Positions 27,610 to 37,457 of a DNA stretch of 64,000 nucleotides are shown here, in pieces. The notes under the pieces were generated by a model that worked only from the letters and a program-made list of their open reading frames with translations, did no database searches and had not been told where the DNA came from. Numbering within the stretch: the first letter of the stretch is position 1; every line of letters begins with the position of its first letter. The DNA is taken from NCBI GenBank assembly GCA_934293005.1, contig CAKQYA010000005.1, positions 37,275 to 101,274 on the forward strand. The letters are read 5' to 3'. Source of the stretch: an uncultured Bacteroidaceae bacterium. GTDB taxonomy: Bacteria; Bacteroidota; Bacteroidia; Bacteroidales; Bacteroidaceae. The position numbers and the translations under genes are program-made.

Positions 27610-30606
27610 ATGAGAAGATTTTTACTACTTCCATTATGCGCACTCTCTATGTCGAGCAATGCGCAGGTGACACCAAAGGTGTTGCCAGAAATTCCTGTCG
27701 CAGGACAGAAGTACATTCTTGTCAACAAAGCTCAGACTGCCACACAGTACATGTCACGCACATCTTGGGACGGCTCTCTCTATTTCCTTGGAGAGAAAGA
27801 TTCCAATTATGCTGACAATGCGCTCACCGCTGTAGACAACAATGATGGCACATGGTCGTTTGTCAGAGTGGTGAAAGAGGAACGTGAAACAGGCGAAGTG
27901 GACGGCGAGGGAAATGCTGTCAAGGAACTTGTCGACGTGACTTATTATATGGGCATTCCTGATGGCACAGCTAATGTGAAGAGCAACCTCACCACACCTG
28001 CCTATTGGAAACTGTGGGACATGAAGAATGGTTTCTATAACCTTATCATGGGTGAGGGCAACAATGCCACAGCATTGGAGATGGCAACGTACACTCCGAC
28101 AAAAGACTTGCGTCTGCATCTCAATAATGGTGGCCAGTATTTTGTGGCAACATACTATACAGGTCCTTGGTATCCAGACTGTCAGGGCGGCATAAAAGAA
28201 ACAGAGAACGAGAGTGATGGAACAGTGCAGTTTGAGGCAAATGATTCCACATCATTCAACTGGGGCTTCGTGTCTGTCGAAAAGGTGCCAGACTACTATA
28301 AGGATATGCAGTATTCAGGCACCATCAACAAATTCTATGAGAATTACTGCAACATGGATGAATATGGAGCAGGCTTCCTCGCTACATACAACGTTGTGGC
28401 AGAGGCATACAAGAACGCCACTAACTATGATGAACTGGCTGAATTGGATATAGAAGGCACGATAAATGCAAAGATTGCCCTGCAGAAGGAAATCGATGCA
28501 GCAATTGCTCTTAATGAGAAAGAAGACGCAGTGCTGTCTGCTGCTATTGCTGCTGCTATGAATGCTTTCAACACTATCACAGCAAAGGCTGACGTGGAGA
28601 ATGCCGCAACCACTCTTAAGAAGGCTGAGAATAACTATTCTCTTGGCACAGGTGATGTGTCTTCTCTTGGCACAAACATGTCGTTTGAAGATCTCGCTTC
28701 TCAGAATGGAAACATGACGACAGGTGTAGGGCCTGCTCCTTATGGATGGAATGTGTATATAAACGGCAAACTTGCCAACTCTGTTGAGGAAATCAAGGCT
28801 GCTGGAGTAAATGCATGGCATGGTGTGAATGATGACAGTGAGGGCGATGTGAAGGATGGACAGATGTCATTCGGAATATGGAATTCAAACATTCCAAATT
28901 ATGAAATATCACAAACTATCAAAGGCCTGGCAAATGGCACTTATGAGATCACTGCAGGCTTGATGGCAGGAAACAACAATGGTCCTCGCCTCACCACACA
29001 ACGCATCTTTGGCAATCTCAACTCAACTTACTACGCAAGCGATGCTGATTACGACCTTTCTGTTCTTGATAAATCAGAAGTGAGCGAATTTGCAGGCAAT
29101 GAGATTCTTGTCACAGACCGTGAGATGCGTCCTGTGACAGTGAAGGCTTTCGTGTATGACGGAACTCTCACATTTGGAGTGCGCACTGATAACAACCTTG
29201 CTGCTACATTCAATGGCGGCGCATCTAATGCCGGTGCAGGATGGTTTAAGGTGGACAACTTCACTATCAAGTCTTTAGGATATGATGCTGCTGATGCTAT
29301 TGCGATATATAATCACTACACAAAGGCTCTCGATTCTTGGGAAGACCAGCCTATGAGCAAAGCTGCAGCCGAAAAACTTGCTGATTTCATAAAGACAATG
29401 GACAACATCACAGAAGCGAGCTCACAAGAAGACATCATAGCAGGCATCATCGCTGCAAAGGGACTTATGGATGAAGTGAATGCATCTGTGAAGACTTACG
29501 AGAAACTTGCCGCGCTTATCGAAAAGCATTTCACAAGTCTCGAACAGTATGAAAACAAGACTGGCGCAGGCGATTATTCCGACGTGATTTATTCAGTCCA
29601 GGAACGTTATGACGAACGTACAGTTGTGGATGATGCAGAGGTGGATGAAATCTCTAAAGAACTTGACGCAGCTCTTGAGGCTTGCATCCAGTCGGATGAC
29701 ATCGAACCAGGTTCTGTGCTGACAGAGTATATCAAGAATGCTTCTTTTGAAGACCTCTCTAATCAGAACAATAACAATAGTGGCGGTGTCGAAAACGCTC
29801 CTAAGGGATGGAATCTCTACATCAACGGCACACAGGTTAATACAGCTGCTGAGATATCAGCCGCAGGAGTGAAGGCTTGGTGCGCTATCAATGGCGGCGA
29901 TGCGATAAATGTGGAACTTGAAAATGGCGATATCGTCAACAATCAATATACTGATGGTGACCATCTATGGGGTATCTGGACAGAAGAAATTCCAGAGATT
30001 GAACTCTCGCAGACCATTAAGGGTCTGCCTGAAGGAACATATACTGCTACTTGCGATGTGCTCGTGCAGTATAACTGGGCTGGTTACTGCATCACTACTC
30101 AGCGAATCTTCGCCAACGACTACGTGGCAATGTACTCTTATGAAGGCAACTATGAGAACAACCTTCCAGAGGATGCTCGCATCGCACAGGAAATAGACGC
30201 TCTCAACCCTGATGCCGAACTGAAACACCTTACATACGCAGGCCATGAGTGTGAGGCTCCACGCTCTGACTACTCTAACAAGGTTTCTCTCACTTTCGGT
30301 CTTGCAAAGAAAGGCGACATCAAACTTGGCTTCCGCACAAACAACATTGACCGCGACGGTGTGGCTCAGGGCAGCGGTAAGGGATGGTTCAAACTTGACA
30401 ACTGGACTCTGACTTACGATTCAACAGAAGTTCCTGCAGGAGCAGGTACAGGTGCTGATGCCACAGGTGTGGACTCTATCACAGAGAATGCAGGTGGAGA
30501 GCCTGTGGAGTTCTACTCTGTAGATGGAGCTCGCCGCTCATCTCTCCAGACTGGCATTAACATTGTCAAGATTGGTGACAAGGTTTCAAAAGTCATCGTG
30601 AAATGA
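27610..30606 (+). CDS. T9SS C-terminal-sorting-domain secreted protein with two tandem homologous beta-rich modules separated by helical linkers
   Basis: 998 aa; signal peptide MRRFLLLPLCALSMSSNAQ; module A (~aa 355-545) and module B (~aa 700-935) share SFEDL..QN...GV..AP.GWN.YING...EI.AAGV.AW...GIW...IP..E.SQTIKGL..GTY...TTQRIF.N and end G(A/K)GWFK(V/L)DN(F/W)T; C-term EFYSVDGARRSSLQTGINIVKIGDKVSKVIVK = Por/T9SS CTD. Confidence 0.8.
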   Translation: MRRFLLLPLCALSMSSNAQVTPKVLPEIPVAGQKYILVNKAQTATQYMSRTSWDGSLYFLGEKDSNYADNALTAVDNNDGTWSFVRVVKEERETGEVDGEGNAVKELVDVTYYMGIPDGTANVKSNLTTPAYWKLWDMKNGFYNLIMGEGNNATALEMATYTPTKDLRLHLNNGGQYFVATYYTGPWYPDCQGGIKETENESDGTVQFEANDSTSFNWGFVSVEKVPDYYKDMQYSGTINKFYENYCNMDEYGAGFLATYNVVAEAYKNATNYDELAELDIEGTINAKIALQKEIDAAIALNEKEDAVLSAAIAAAMNAFNTITAKADVENAATTLKKAENNYSLGTGDVSSLGTNMSFEDLASQNGNMTTGVGPAPYGWNVYINGKLANSVEEIKAAGVNAWHGVNDDSEGDVKDGQMSFGIWNSNIPNYEISQTIKGLANGTYEITAGLMAGNNNGPRLTTQRIFGNLNSTYYASDADYDLSVLDKSEVSEFAGNEILVTDREMRPVTVKAFVYDGTLTFGVRTDNNLAATFNGGASNAGAGWFKVDNFTIKSLGYDAADAIAIYNHYTKALDSWEDQPMSKAAAEKLADFIKTMDNITEASSQEDIIAGIIAAKGLMDEVNASVKTYEKLAALIEKHFTSLEQYENKTGAGDYSDVIYSVQERYDERTVVDDAEVDEISKELDAALEACIQSDDIEPGSVLTEYIKNASFEDLSNQNNNNSGGVENAPKGWNLYINGTQVNTAAEISAAGVKAWCAINGGDAINVELENGDIVNNQYTDGDHLWGIWTEEIPEIELSQTIKGLPEGTYTATCDVLVQYNWAGYCITTQRIFANDYVAMYSYEGNYENNLPEDARIAQEIDALNPDAELKHLTYAGHECEAPRSDYSNKVSLTFGLAKKGDIKLGFRTNNIDRDGVAQGSGKGWFKLDNWTLTYDSTEVPAGAGTGADATGVDSITENAGGEPVEFYSVDGARRSSLQTGINIVKIGDKVSKVIVK

Positions 30607-30685
30607 ATATGATTTCAGATAAGGCAAGGTGTCGTATCTGATTGGGCACAGACTAAAGATGTCGGTCTGTATAATACAATAAAAG

Positions 30686-30735
30686 AGCCCCTCATGCAAT
30701 ACTTATCATTGCAAGAGGGGCGCTTTTTGTTTTCT
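30686..30735 (+). terminator. rho-independent terminator after T9SS cargo gene
   Basis: gcccctcatgcaat-acttatc-attgcaagaggggc gctttttgtttt. Confidence 0.7.
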
Positions 30736-30784
30736 TATTGATGAAAGCTGCGCTGGTGTGTGCCTCATGCAGTTTTTATGTCGA

Positions 30785-30873
30785 AAAAAGATAGTAAGGA
30801 TACTTGGCAAAGTATTACGTGATACTTTGCAAAGTATTATATGATACTTGGCCAAGTATCACGTGATACTTTT
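30785..30873. repeat. palindrome array, locus B (GATACTT-N4-AAGTATC units x4)
   Basis: aaaaagatagtaaGGATACTTggcaAAGTATtacgtGATACTTtgcaAAGTATtatatGATACTTggccAAGTATCacgtGATACTTttta. Confidence 0.8.
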
Positions 30874-30985
30874 TAGGGGTGCTTCTTGGCATATTTTGCT
30901 GAAACGTGAGCATTTGCCAAGCCATGCCAAATGCAACATATTCGTTGACTTCACCCCCGTCTTGTGTCTGATGGTTGAATGGAGC

Positions 30986-31696
30986 TTAATCCTTGCTCTT
31001 CAGTGCGGCATCTATTGTGTCGGTCCAGTCGATGGCTGGAGCTGCTACCACTTTGCCGTTGCGTGTCGTCGACACATCTGCGTGCATGGCATGAAAGCCA
31101 AGTGCTCTTGCTGCTTCGACATTTGGAGTTGAGTCGTCTATGAACAGGCACTCTGATGCTGGAGAACCTATTTCCTTGAGCATGGCAAGATATATGTCGT
31201 CATTGGGCTTTGCCATATGCATCTCCTGCGAAAGAAATGTGTGCTTGAAGATGCTGTCGACAACGTCTTGGCCTCCAAAGCAACGGGAAACGATGTCTTG
31301 CCAGTGTGCGTCGTTGGTGTTTGAGAGCATATATATGCCATAGCCCATGTCGCGCAAACGGCGCAGCTTGTCTAATCTGTATTGAGGAATGCCTATGCAG
31401 CATGTGTTCCATGCGTCAACCACTTGCTTCATGGTGGTGCCTGCATGGCAAAGGTTATGTATGGCTGTCAGAAAATCGTGTGTGGTCACAGTGCCTATCT
31501 GATATTGGTTGAGCATGCCGTTGGCAACTACTCCCTCTCCCATGACTGCCGGCTTCATGCTGGGGGTGTCGTTGGAAGGTGATGGCTGTGGAAGTGCGCT
31601 TAGATCAACGCCGAGCGTCTCAACGCTATGCATGCAGTAGGGCAGGTCTATGTCGAGGAGTACGCCGCCGAGGTCGAATATGATGTTCTTTATCAT
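30986..31696 (-). CDS. HAD-superfamily hydrolase (subfamily IA-like)
   Basis: 236 aa; motif I MIKNIIFDLGGVLLDID; DDS motif near C-term. Confidence 0.75.
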   Translation of the reverse strand: MIKNIIFDLGGVLLDIDLPYCMHSVETLGVDLSALPQPSPSNDTPSMKPAVMGEGVVANGMLNQYQIGTVTTHDFLTAIHNLCHAGTTMKQVVDAWNTCCIGIPQYRLDKLRRLRDMGYGIYMLSNTNDAHWQDIVSRCFGGQDVVDSIFKHTFLSQEMHMAKPNDDIYLAMLKEIGSPASECLFIDDSTPNVEAARALGFHAMHADVSTTRNGKVVAAPAIDWTDTIDAALKSKD

Positions 31697-31762
31697 GGTT
31701 ATGATTCGTGGTTTTTGGGGGGATCCTTTGGTGATTTCAGCAATGATTGCTGTTGTGATGGC

Positions 31763-32620
31763 TTATTCGTTTTTAATGTGCACGTCCATCTGAGGGAATG
31801 GGATCTCGATGCCTGCTTCGGTGAGAGTGTTGTATACCTTTTCGGTTGTGTCAAACTTCACATTCCAATAATCTTGGGCTTTAGTCCACATGCGCATTTG
31901 GAACACTATGCTGCTTGACGACATTGCTGTCATCGGTATGGCTGGCGCGTAAGCATCATCTTTCAAGATGCGCATGTCAGCATCGATGATGTTCTGCAAT
32001 ACTTTGCGCACTTCTTCTGTGCTGGTGCCATAGGCCACTTCCACTTCGAGGTCGACACGGCGCATGGCAGCAGCTGTGGAGTTTTTCATGCATCCTGTGG
32101 CAAGAGGACCATTTGGGATGATGATTATCTGATTGTCTGCAGTGCCGAGTATTGTGCTGAAAATCTGGATTTCCTTGACTGTGCCGGCAAAACCTTGAGC
32201 TTCGATATAGTCGCCCACTTTGTAAGGACGCAAGATGAGGATGAGCACACCTCCTGCGAAGTTCTGGAGCGTGCCGCTCAAAGCCATGCCGACAGCGATG
32301 CCGGCTGATGCGAACACTGCGAGGAATGAGCTGGTGTCGATGCCTAAGATGCCAATGATGATTATGCCAAGCAGAATGTTGAGCGAGATGGATACGAGGC
32401 TGTTGACGAATGACGAGAGCGAAGCCTCAAATTTGCGCTTCTGCGTTATGGCCCTCATTGCTTTGACTGCATACTTGATGATGAACCTGCCTATGATGTA
32501 GACAATGATGGCTGTGATGATGTTTTTGCCAAATGTTATGGCATAATTGACCAAAAGGCTCAAATCGATATGCTGCCAATCGATGCTGGCAATTGCTGAT
32601 ACTTTTTCTTGTGTGTCCAT
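31763..32620 (-). CDS. mechanosensitive ion channel (MscS family)
   Basis: 285 aa; 3 N-terminal TM helices then MscS-like beta domain (FKVGDYIEAQGFAGTVKEIQIFSTIL). Confidence 0.8.
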   Translation of the reverse strand: MDTQEKVSAIASIDWQHIDLSLLVNYAITFGKNIITAIIVYIIGRFIIKYAVKAMRAITQKRKFEASLSSFVNSLVSISLNILLGIIIIGILGIDTSSFLAVFASAGIAVGMALSGTLQNFAGGVLILILRPYKVGDYIEAQGFAGTVKEIQIFSTILGTADNQIIIIPNGPLATGCMKNSTAAAMRRVDLEVEVAYGTSTEEVRKVLQNIIDADMRILKDDAYAPAIPMTAMSSSSIVFQMRMWTKAQDYWNVKFDTTEKVYNTLTEAGIEIPFPQMDVHIKNE

Positions 32621-32800
32621 TCTTGAATCTTTTACCTTAGTTGTCTTTTCGTTATTATGTTGTTTATTGTATATGTGTGATGCTTTAGCGTTGCATGTGC
32701 AACATGTGGCTAAATGCTATTCGGAATGCAAAGGTACAAAAAAAACAGGTATGAATGATGAAATTGTAGGCCTGTTCCTCTGTTTTAAGTAAAAAAGTTG

Positions 32801-32808
32801 TAACTTTG
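32801..32808 (+). promoter_or_regulatory. -7 promoter box TAACTTTG upstream of lysS
   Basis: TAnnTTTG consensus. Confidence 0.35.
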
Positions 32809-32912
32809 CACCATGGCTTGTAGTGTGGATGTGTGATTAGGAGCATCGGCGAGCTGACGAAGGCACGTCAGGCAAGCTCAAGAATAGAATAAATAAAAAC
32901 ATATATATAAAG

Positions 32913-34667
32913 ATGAACGTACTCGAACTTTCCGAGCAGGAGATTAACCGCAGAAACAATCTCCAAGCACTTAAGGATATGGGCATAAACCCTTATCCAG
33001 CTGCTGAATACCCAACAAACGCTTTCTCGACTGACATCATAGCTGAGTTTAAGGACCCTGTCACTGATGCTGATGGCAATAATGCCGAACCTCTTCGCGA
33101 GGTGTGCATTGCTGGCCGCATGATGAGCAGGCGTGTGATGGGTAAAGCAAGTTTTGTGGAGATTCAAGATTCAAAGGGCAGAATACAGGTGTACATCACT
33201 CGTGATGACATCTGTCCTGAAGACAATAAGGATATGTACAATCAAGTGTTCAAGAAGCTGCTTGACCTTGGTGATTTCATCGGCGTGACAGGATTTGTCT
33301 TCCGTACACAGACAGGAGAAATCAGTGTGCACGCCAAGTCTCTCACAGTGTTGGCCAAGAGCCTCAAGCCGCTTCCGATTGTGAAGGAGAAGGACGGGCA
33401 GGTGTTTGATGCTTTTGAAGACCCTGAGCTCCGTTGCCGCCAGCGTTATGTCGACCTTATTGTCAATAATGGAGTGAAGGACACTTTCTTGAAGCGCGCC
33501 ACTATTCTCCGCACAATGCGCCAAGTGTTTGACGAGGCGGGATTCACAGAGGTGGAGACTCCTATCCTTCAGCAGATTGCAGGAGGTGCTTCAGCACGAC
33601 CATTCATCACTCATCATAATGCGCTCAATGTGGATCTTTATCTGCGTATCGCTACGGAACTTTATCTGAAGCGTCTTATTGTGGGCGGTTTTGAAGGTGT
33701 GTATGAAATTGGCCGCAACTTCCGCAATGAAGGCATGGACAAGAGCCATAATCCAGAATTCACATGTATGGAACTTTATGTGTCATACAAGGATTACAAT
33801 TGGATGATGTCGTTCACAGAGCAGTTGCTCGAAAAGATTTGCGTGGCTGTGAATGGTAGCACGGAGGTCAAGGTGGGAGACAACATAATAAGTTTTAAGG
33901 CACCATTCCGTCGCTTGCCAATTCTTGAGGCTATCAAAGAGAAGACTGGCTATGACTTGGAAAGCATGAGCGAGGATGAAATGCGCGAGGCTGCTAAGAA
34001 AGTCGGCGTTGAGGTCGATGAGACAATGGGCCGCGGCAAACTTATTGACGAAATATTCGGTGAGACTTGCGAGGGCACATTCATACAACCTACATTCATC
34101 ACAGACTATCCTGTTGAGATGTCGCCTCTCACAAAGATGCACCGCTCAAAGCCAGGATTGACAGAACGCTTTGAATTGATGGTTAATGGCAAGGAACTGG
34201 CTAACGCCTACTCAGAGCTTAATGACCCGATTGATCAGGAAGAGCGTTTTGTGGAACAGATGAAACTTGCAGACAAGGGCGATGATGAGGCTATGGTCAT
34301 TGATCACGACTTCCTTCGTTCTCTTCAGTATGGCATGCCGCCAACATCAGGCATCGGCATAGGCATAGACCGCCTTGCGATACTCATGACAGGGCAGCCT
34401 ACAATACAGGAGGTTCTTCTCTTCCCGACAATGAAGCCTGAGAAGAAAGCTCCAAAGGATGCTGTGCAGAAGTTCGTCGAACTCGGTTTCGCCGAAGATA
34501 TAGTGCCTGTGCTTTATAAGGTGGGTTACAACCTTGTGGCAGACCTCGAAGGTGTCAATGCTCAGAAATTGCAGCAGCAGATTGGCGAGATTCTTAAAAA
34601 ATACAAACTCGACATAAAGAAACCGACGGTTGACGAACTTTCAGCCATTCTTTCCAAAATGCAGTGA
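32913..34667 (+). CDS. lysS: lysine--tRNA ligase (class II) with Bacteroidetes C-terminal extension
   Basis: 584 aa; anticodon-binding OB fold + class II motifs (FRNEG, GIGIDRL). Confidence 0.9.
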   Translation: MNVLELSEQEINRRNNLQALKDMGINPYPAAEYPTNAFSTDIIAEFKDPVTDADGNNAEPLREVCIAGRMMSRRVMGKASFVEIQDSKGRIQVYITRDDICPEDNKDMYNQVFKKLLDLGDFIGVTGFVFRTQTGEISVHAKSLTVLAKSLKPLPIVKEKDGQVFDAFEDPELRCRQRYVDLIVNNGVKDTFLKRATILRTMRQVFDEAGFTEVETPILQQIAGGASARPFITHHNALNVDLYLRIATELYLKRLIVGGFEGVYEIGRNFRNEGMDKSHNPEFTCMELYVSYKDYNWMMSFTEQLLEKICVAVNGSTEVKVGDNIISFKAPFRRLPILEAIKEKTGYDLESMSEDEMREAAKKVGVEVDETMGRGKLIDEIFGETCEGTFIQPTFITDYPVEMSPLTKMHRSKPGLTERFELMVNGKELANAYSELNDPIDQEERFVEQMKLADKGDDEAMVIDHDFLRSLQYGMPPTSGIGIGIDRLAILMTGQPTIQEVLLFPTMKPEKKAPKDAVQKFVELGFAEDIVPVLYKVGYNLVADLEGVNAQKLQQQIGEILKKYKLDIKKPTVDELSAILSKMQ

Positions 34668-34827
34668 CGAGCGTGTGTGTCGTCGATGCCATGTTTGGCA
34701 TCGTCTGATTATGTTTTTAATGCTTGTCAACGCATATGACTGCGGATAATGCCGCAAACTATAAAGGTTGCTTGCATATATAATATAATGTGTAACACAT
34801 ATTGCTTATACTTACAAAAAGAGCATC

Positions 34828-35829
34828 ATGCAATTTAAATGTACAGGTAAGGTGGCAGTCTTGGGCGGAGGAAGTTGGGCTACGGCTATTGCCAAGATTG
34901 TCATGCATCATGAGGATAAGATAACATGGTACATGCGCCGTGATGACCGTATAGAGGACTTCAAGCGCTTGCACCATAACCCTGCTTATCTCACCGGGCT
35001 GCACTTTGATGTCGACAGAATCCATTTCTCAAGCGACATCAATGAGGTGGTCCGAGAGAATGACACTCTCATATTTGTTGTACCTTCTCCTTACATCAAG
35101 GGCCATCTGAAGCGTTTGAAGGCAAATATGAGAGAAAAAATGGTGGTGACGGCCATAAAGGGTATTGTGCCGGATGAAGGCATCACTGTGAGCAGATATT
35201 TTCAGCGCATGTTTAATGTGCCTGAGGAACAGGTGGCCTGCATTGGCGGACCAAGCCATGCGGAGGAGGTTGCCCTTGACCGCTTGTGCTATCTGACAGT
35301 GGGATGCCGTGACTTGGAAAATGCCAATATGGTGGCCGACTTGTTTACAAACAAATTTGTCAAAACAAGTGTGTCTACCGACATTGAAGGCATTGAGTTT
35401 TCTTCGGTGCTGAAGAATGTGTATGCTATAGCAGCTGGGATATGCCACGGCCTGAAGATGGGAGACAACTTCCAGGCGGTGCTTGTGGCTAATGCAGTTC
35501 AGGAAATGAAGCGTTTCCTTACAGCAGTGCAGCCTGAGGACAGGCATGTGAGCGATTCGGCATACCTTGGCGACTTACTTGTGACGATGTATTCCAATTT
35601 TTCCCGCAACCGTGTCTTTGGCACTATGGTTGGACAAGGATACAGCGTAAAGACGGCGCAGCTCGAGATGGAGATGATAGCTGAGGGCTATTATGGCACA
35701 AACTGCATGAAACTGCTCAATAAAAGGTATCATGTCAATATGCCTATCCTTGACGCTGTTTACAGCATCTTGTATGAGAAGATTGCTCCAAGTGTGGAGA
35801 TAAAGATACTGAGCGATTCGCTCAGATGA
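34828..35829 (+). CDS. gpsA: NAD(P)H-dependent glycerol-3-phosphate dehydrogenase
   Basis: 333 aa; Rossmann motif VAVLGGGSWATAIA. Confidence 0.85.
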   Translation: MQFKCTGKVAVLGGGSWATAIAKIVMHHEDKITWYMRRDDRIEDFKRLHHNPAYLTGLHFDVDRIHFSSDINEVVRENDTLIFVVPSPYIKGHLKRLKANMREKMVVTAIKGIVPDEGITVSRYFQRMFNVPEEQVACIGGPSHAEEVALDRLCYLTVGCRDLENANMVADLFTNKFVKTSVSTDIEGIEFSSVLKNVYAIAAGICHGLKMGDNFQAVLVANAVQEMKRFLTAVQPEDRHVSDSAYLGDLLVTMYSNFSRNRVFGTMVGQGYSVKTAQLEMEMIAEGYYGTNCMKLLNKRYHVNMPILDAVYSILYEKIAPSVEIKILSDSLR

Positions 35830-36034
35830 TTATTTATTAACGTTTATGCTGTTCTGCCCCAGTCGAACGGCGCACAATTATATGTTCCAAAAGGATCTGG
35901 ATGGAGGCTTGGAAATGGTTTCTGTGGGTCTTTTAAACATCTTCATGGCTATTTGTGTGGGTGTGCATGGAAGCATGAGGTGAATAGAATGGCTTTTCGG
36001 ATTTTTCTGGCATGTAAGTGTGGGGGCTTGATTC

Positions 36035-37369
36035 ATGAAGATAGATATTAGCAAAGCTTCGCAGTTTTTAGCTGCAAATGCAATCGAGGCATTAGAGCCT
36101 AAGGTTAAGGATGCTCAGGCTGCTCTTGAGCAAGGCACATGTGCAGGAAACGATTTTCTTGGATGGATGCACCTCCCAAGTTCTATCACTCCTGAGATAA
36201 TAGCAGAGATTAACGCTACAGCAAAGATTTTGCAGGAAAACTGCGAGGCTGTTGTGGTAGCCGGAATAGGTGGTTCATATCTTGGCGCACGTATGGTTAT
36301 CGATGCGCTGTCAAACACTTTCGGATGGCTTCAGCCTTCTGGCTGTCCACGCATCCTTTTTGCTGGTAACAATATAGGTGAGGATTATCTCTCGGAACTT
36401 ATCGGCTACCTGAAAACGGTGAAGTTTGGCGTGATCAACATATCAAAGTCGGGTACAACCACGGAGACTGCCATCACATTCCGTCTTCTTAAGAAGATGT
36501 GTGAGGACCAGCGCGGCAAGGATGAGGCTAAGAAGGTTATTGTTGCAGTGACTGACGCTAAGAAGGGCGCGGCACGCACTACAGCCGACAAGGAAGGTTA
36601 CAAGTCGTTTGTCATACCTGACAATGTGGGCGGTCGTTTCTCTGTGCTCACTCCTGTTGGACTTCTTCCGATAGCTGTGGCTGGTTTTGATATTGCAGCT
36701 CTTGTGAAGGGTGCGCAGGATATGGAATCTCAGTGTGCTGAGAATGTCCCATTCGCAGAGAATCCAGCAGCTGTTTATGCTGCCGTGCGCAATGCTATCT
36801 ATCAGAGCGGAAAGAAAATTGAGATCATGGCCAACTATCAGCCTAAGCTCCATAACCTCGGTGAGTGGTGGAAACAGCTGTATGGCGAGAGCGAAGGCAA
36901 GGACGGCAAGGGAATCTTCCCTGCATCTGTTGACCTCACTACAGACCTTCACTCAATGGGCCAATGGATTCAAGATGGCGAACGCACAATCTTCGAGACT
37001 GTTTTGTCTGTTGAGAATCCAAACACTTCTCTTGCAGTCCCTTCTGATGAAGAGAATCTTGATGGACTCAACTTCCTCGCAGGCAAGCGCATTGATGAGG
37101 TGAACAAGATGGCAGAACTTGGCACTCAGTTGGCTCATGTTGACGGTGGCGTGCCAAATATCAAGATTTCTATCGAGAAGCTTGATGAGTACAATCTTGG
37201 CCAACTCATCTATTTCTTTGAGAAGGCTTGCGGCATTTCAGGACTTGTCCTTGGCGTTAACCCATTCAACCAGCCTGGTGTTGAGGCTTACAAGAAGAAT
37301 ATGTTCGCTCTTCTTAACAAGCCAGGCTATGAGGCAGAGAGCGCTGCCATACAGCAGAGGCTGAAGTGA
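36035..37369 (+). CDS. pgi: glucose-6-phosphate isomerase
   Basis: 444 aa; PGI signatures (GIGGSYLG, FDxxNQPGVE). Confidence 0.9.
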   Translation: MKIDISKASQFLAANAIEALEPKVKDAQAALEQGTCAGNDFLGWMHLPSSITPEIIAEINATAKILQENCEAVVVAGIGGSYLGARMVIDALSNTFGWLQPSGCPRILFAGNNIGEDYLSELIGYLKTVKFGVINISKSGTTTETAITFRLLKKMCEDQRGKDEAKKVIVAVTDAKKGAARTTADKEGYKSFVIPDNVGGRFSVLTPVGLLPIAVAGFDIAALVKGAQDMESQCAENVPFAENPAAVYAAVRNAIYQSGKKIEIMANYQPKLHNLGEWWKQLYGESEGKDGKGIFPASVDLTTDLHSMGQWIQDGERTIFETVLSVENPNTSLAVPSDEENLDGLNFLAGKRIDEVNKMAELGTQLAHVDGGVPNIKISIEKLDEYNLGQLIYFFEKACGISGLVLGVNPFNQPGVEAYKKNMFALLNKPGYEAESAAIQQRLK

Positions 37370-37457
37370 TATGACATAATGATGGGCATTGTCCGCCGTG
37401 GGATTGAACCGGTGCGGCAATGTCCATGTTTTATACTTGAATAATATTGATAACAGC

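Noticed and set aside
30848-31132. 94-aa + ORF starting inside palindrome array B and running antisense into the HAD gene
   Set aside because: It starts within repeat DNA and overlaps the HAD hydrolase on the opposite strand, with no domain evidence.
37370-37457. hairpin cattgtccgc...gcggcaatg after pgi as terminator
   Set aside because: The stem has a bulge and a 17-nt loop, and the trailing tract is only weakly U-rich. It may be a weak terminator but was not confident enough to list.
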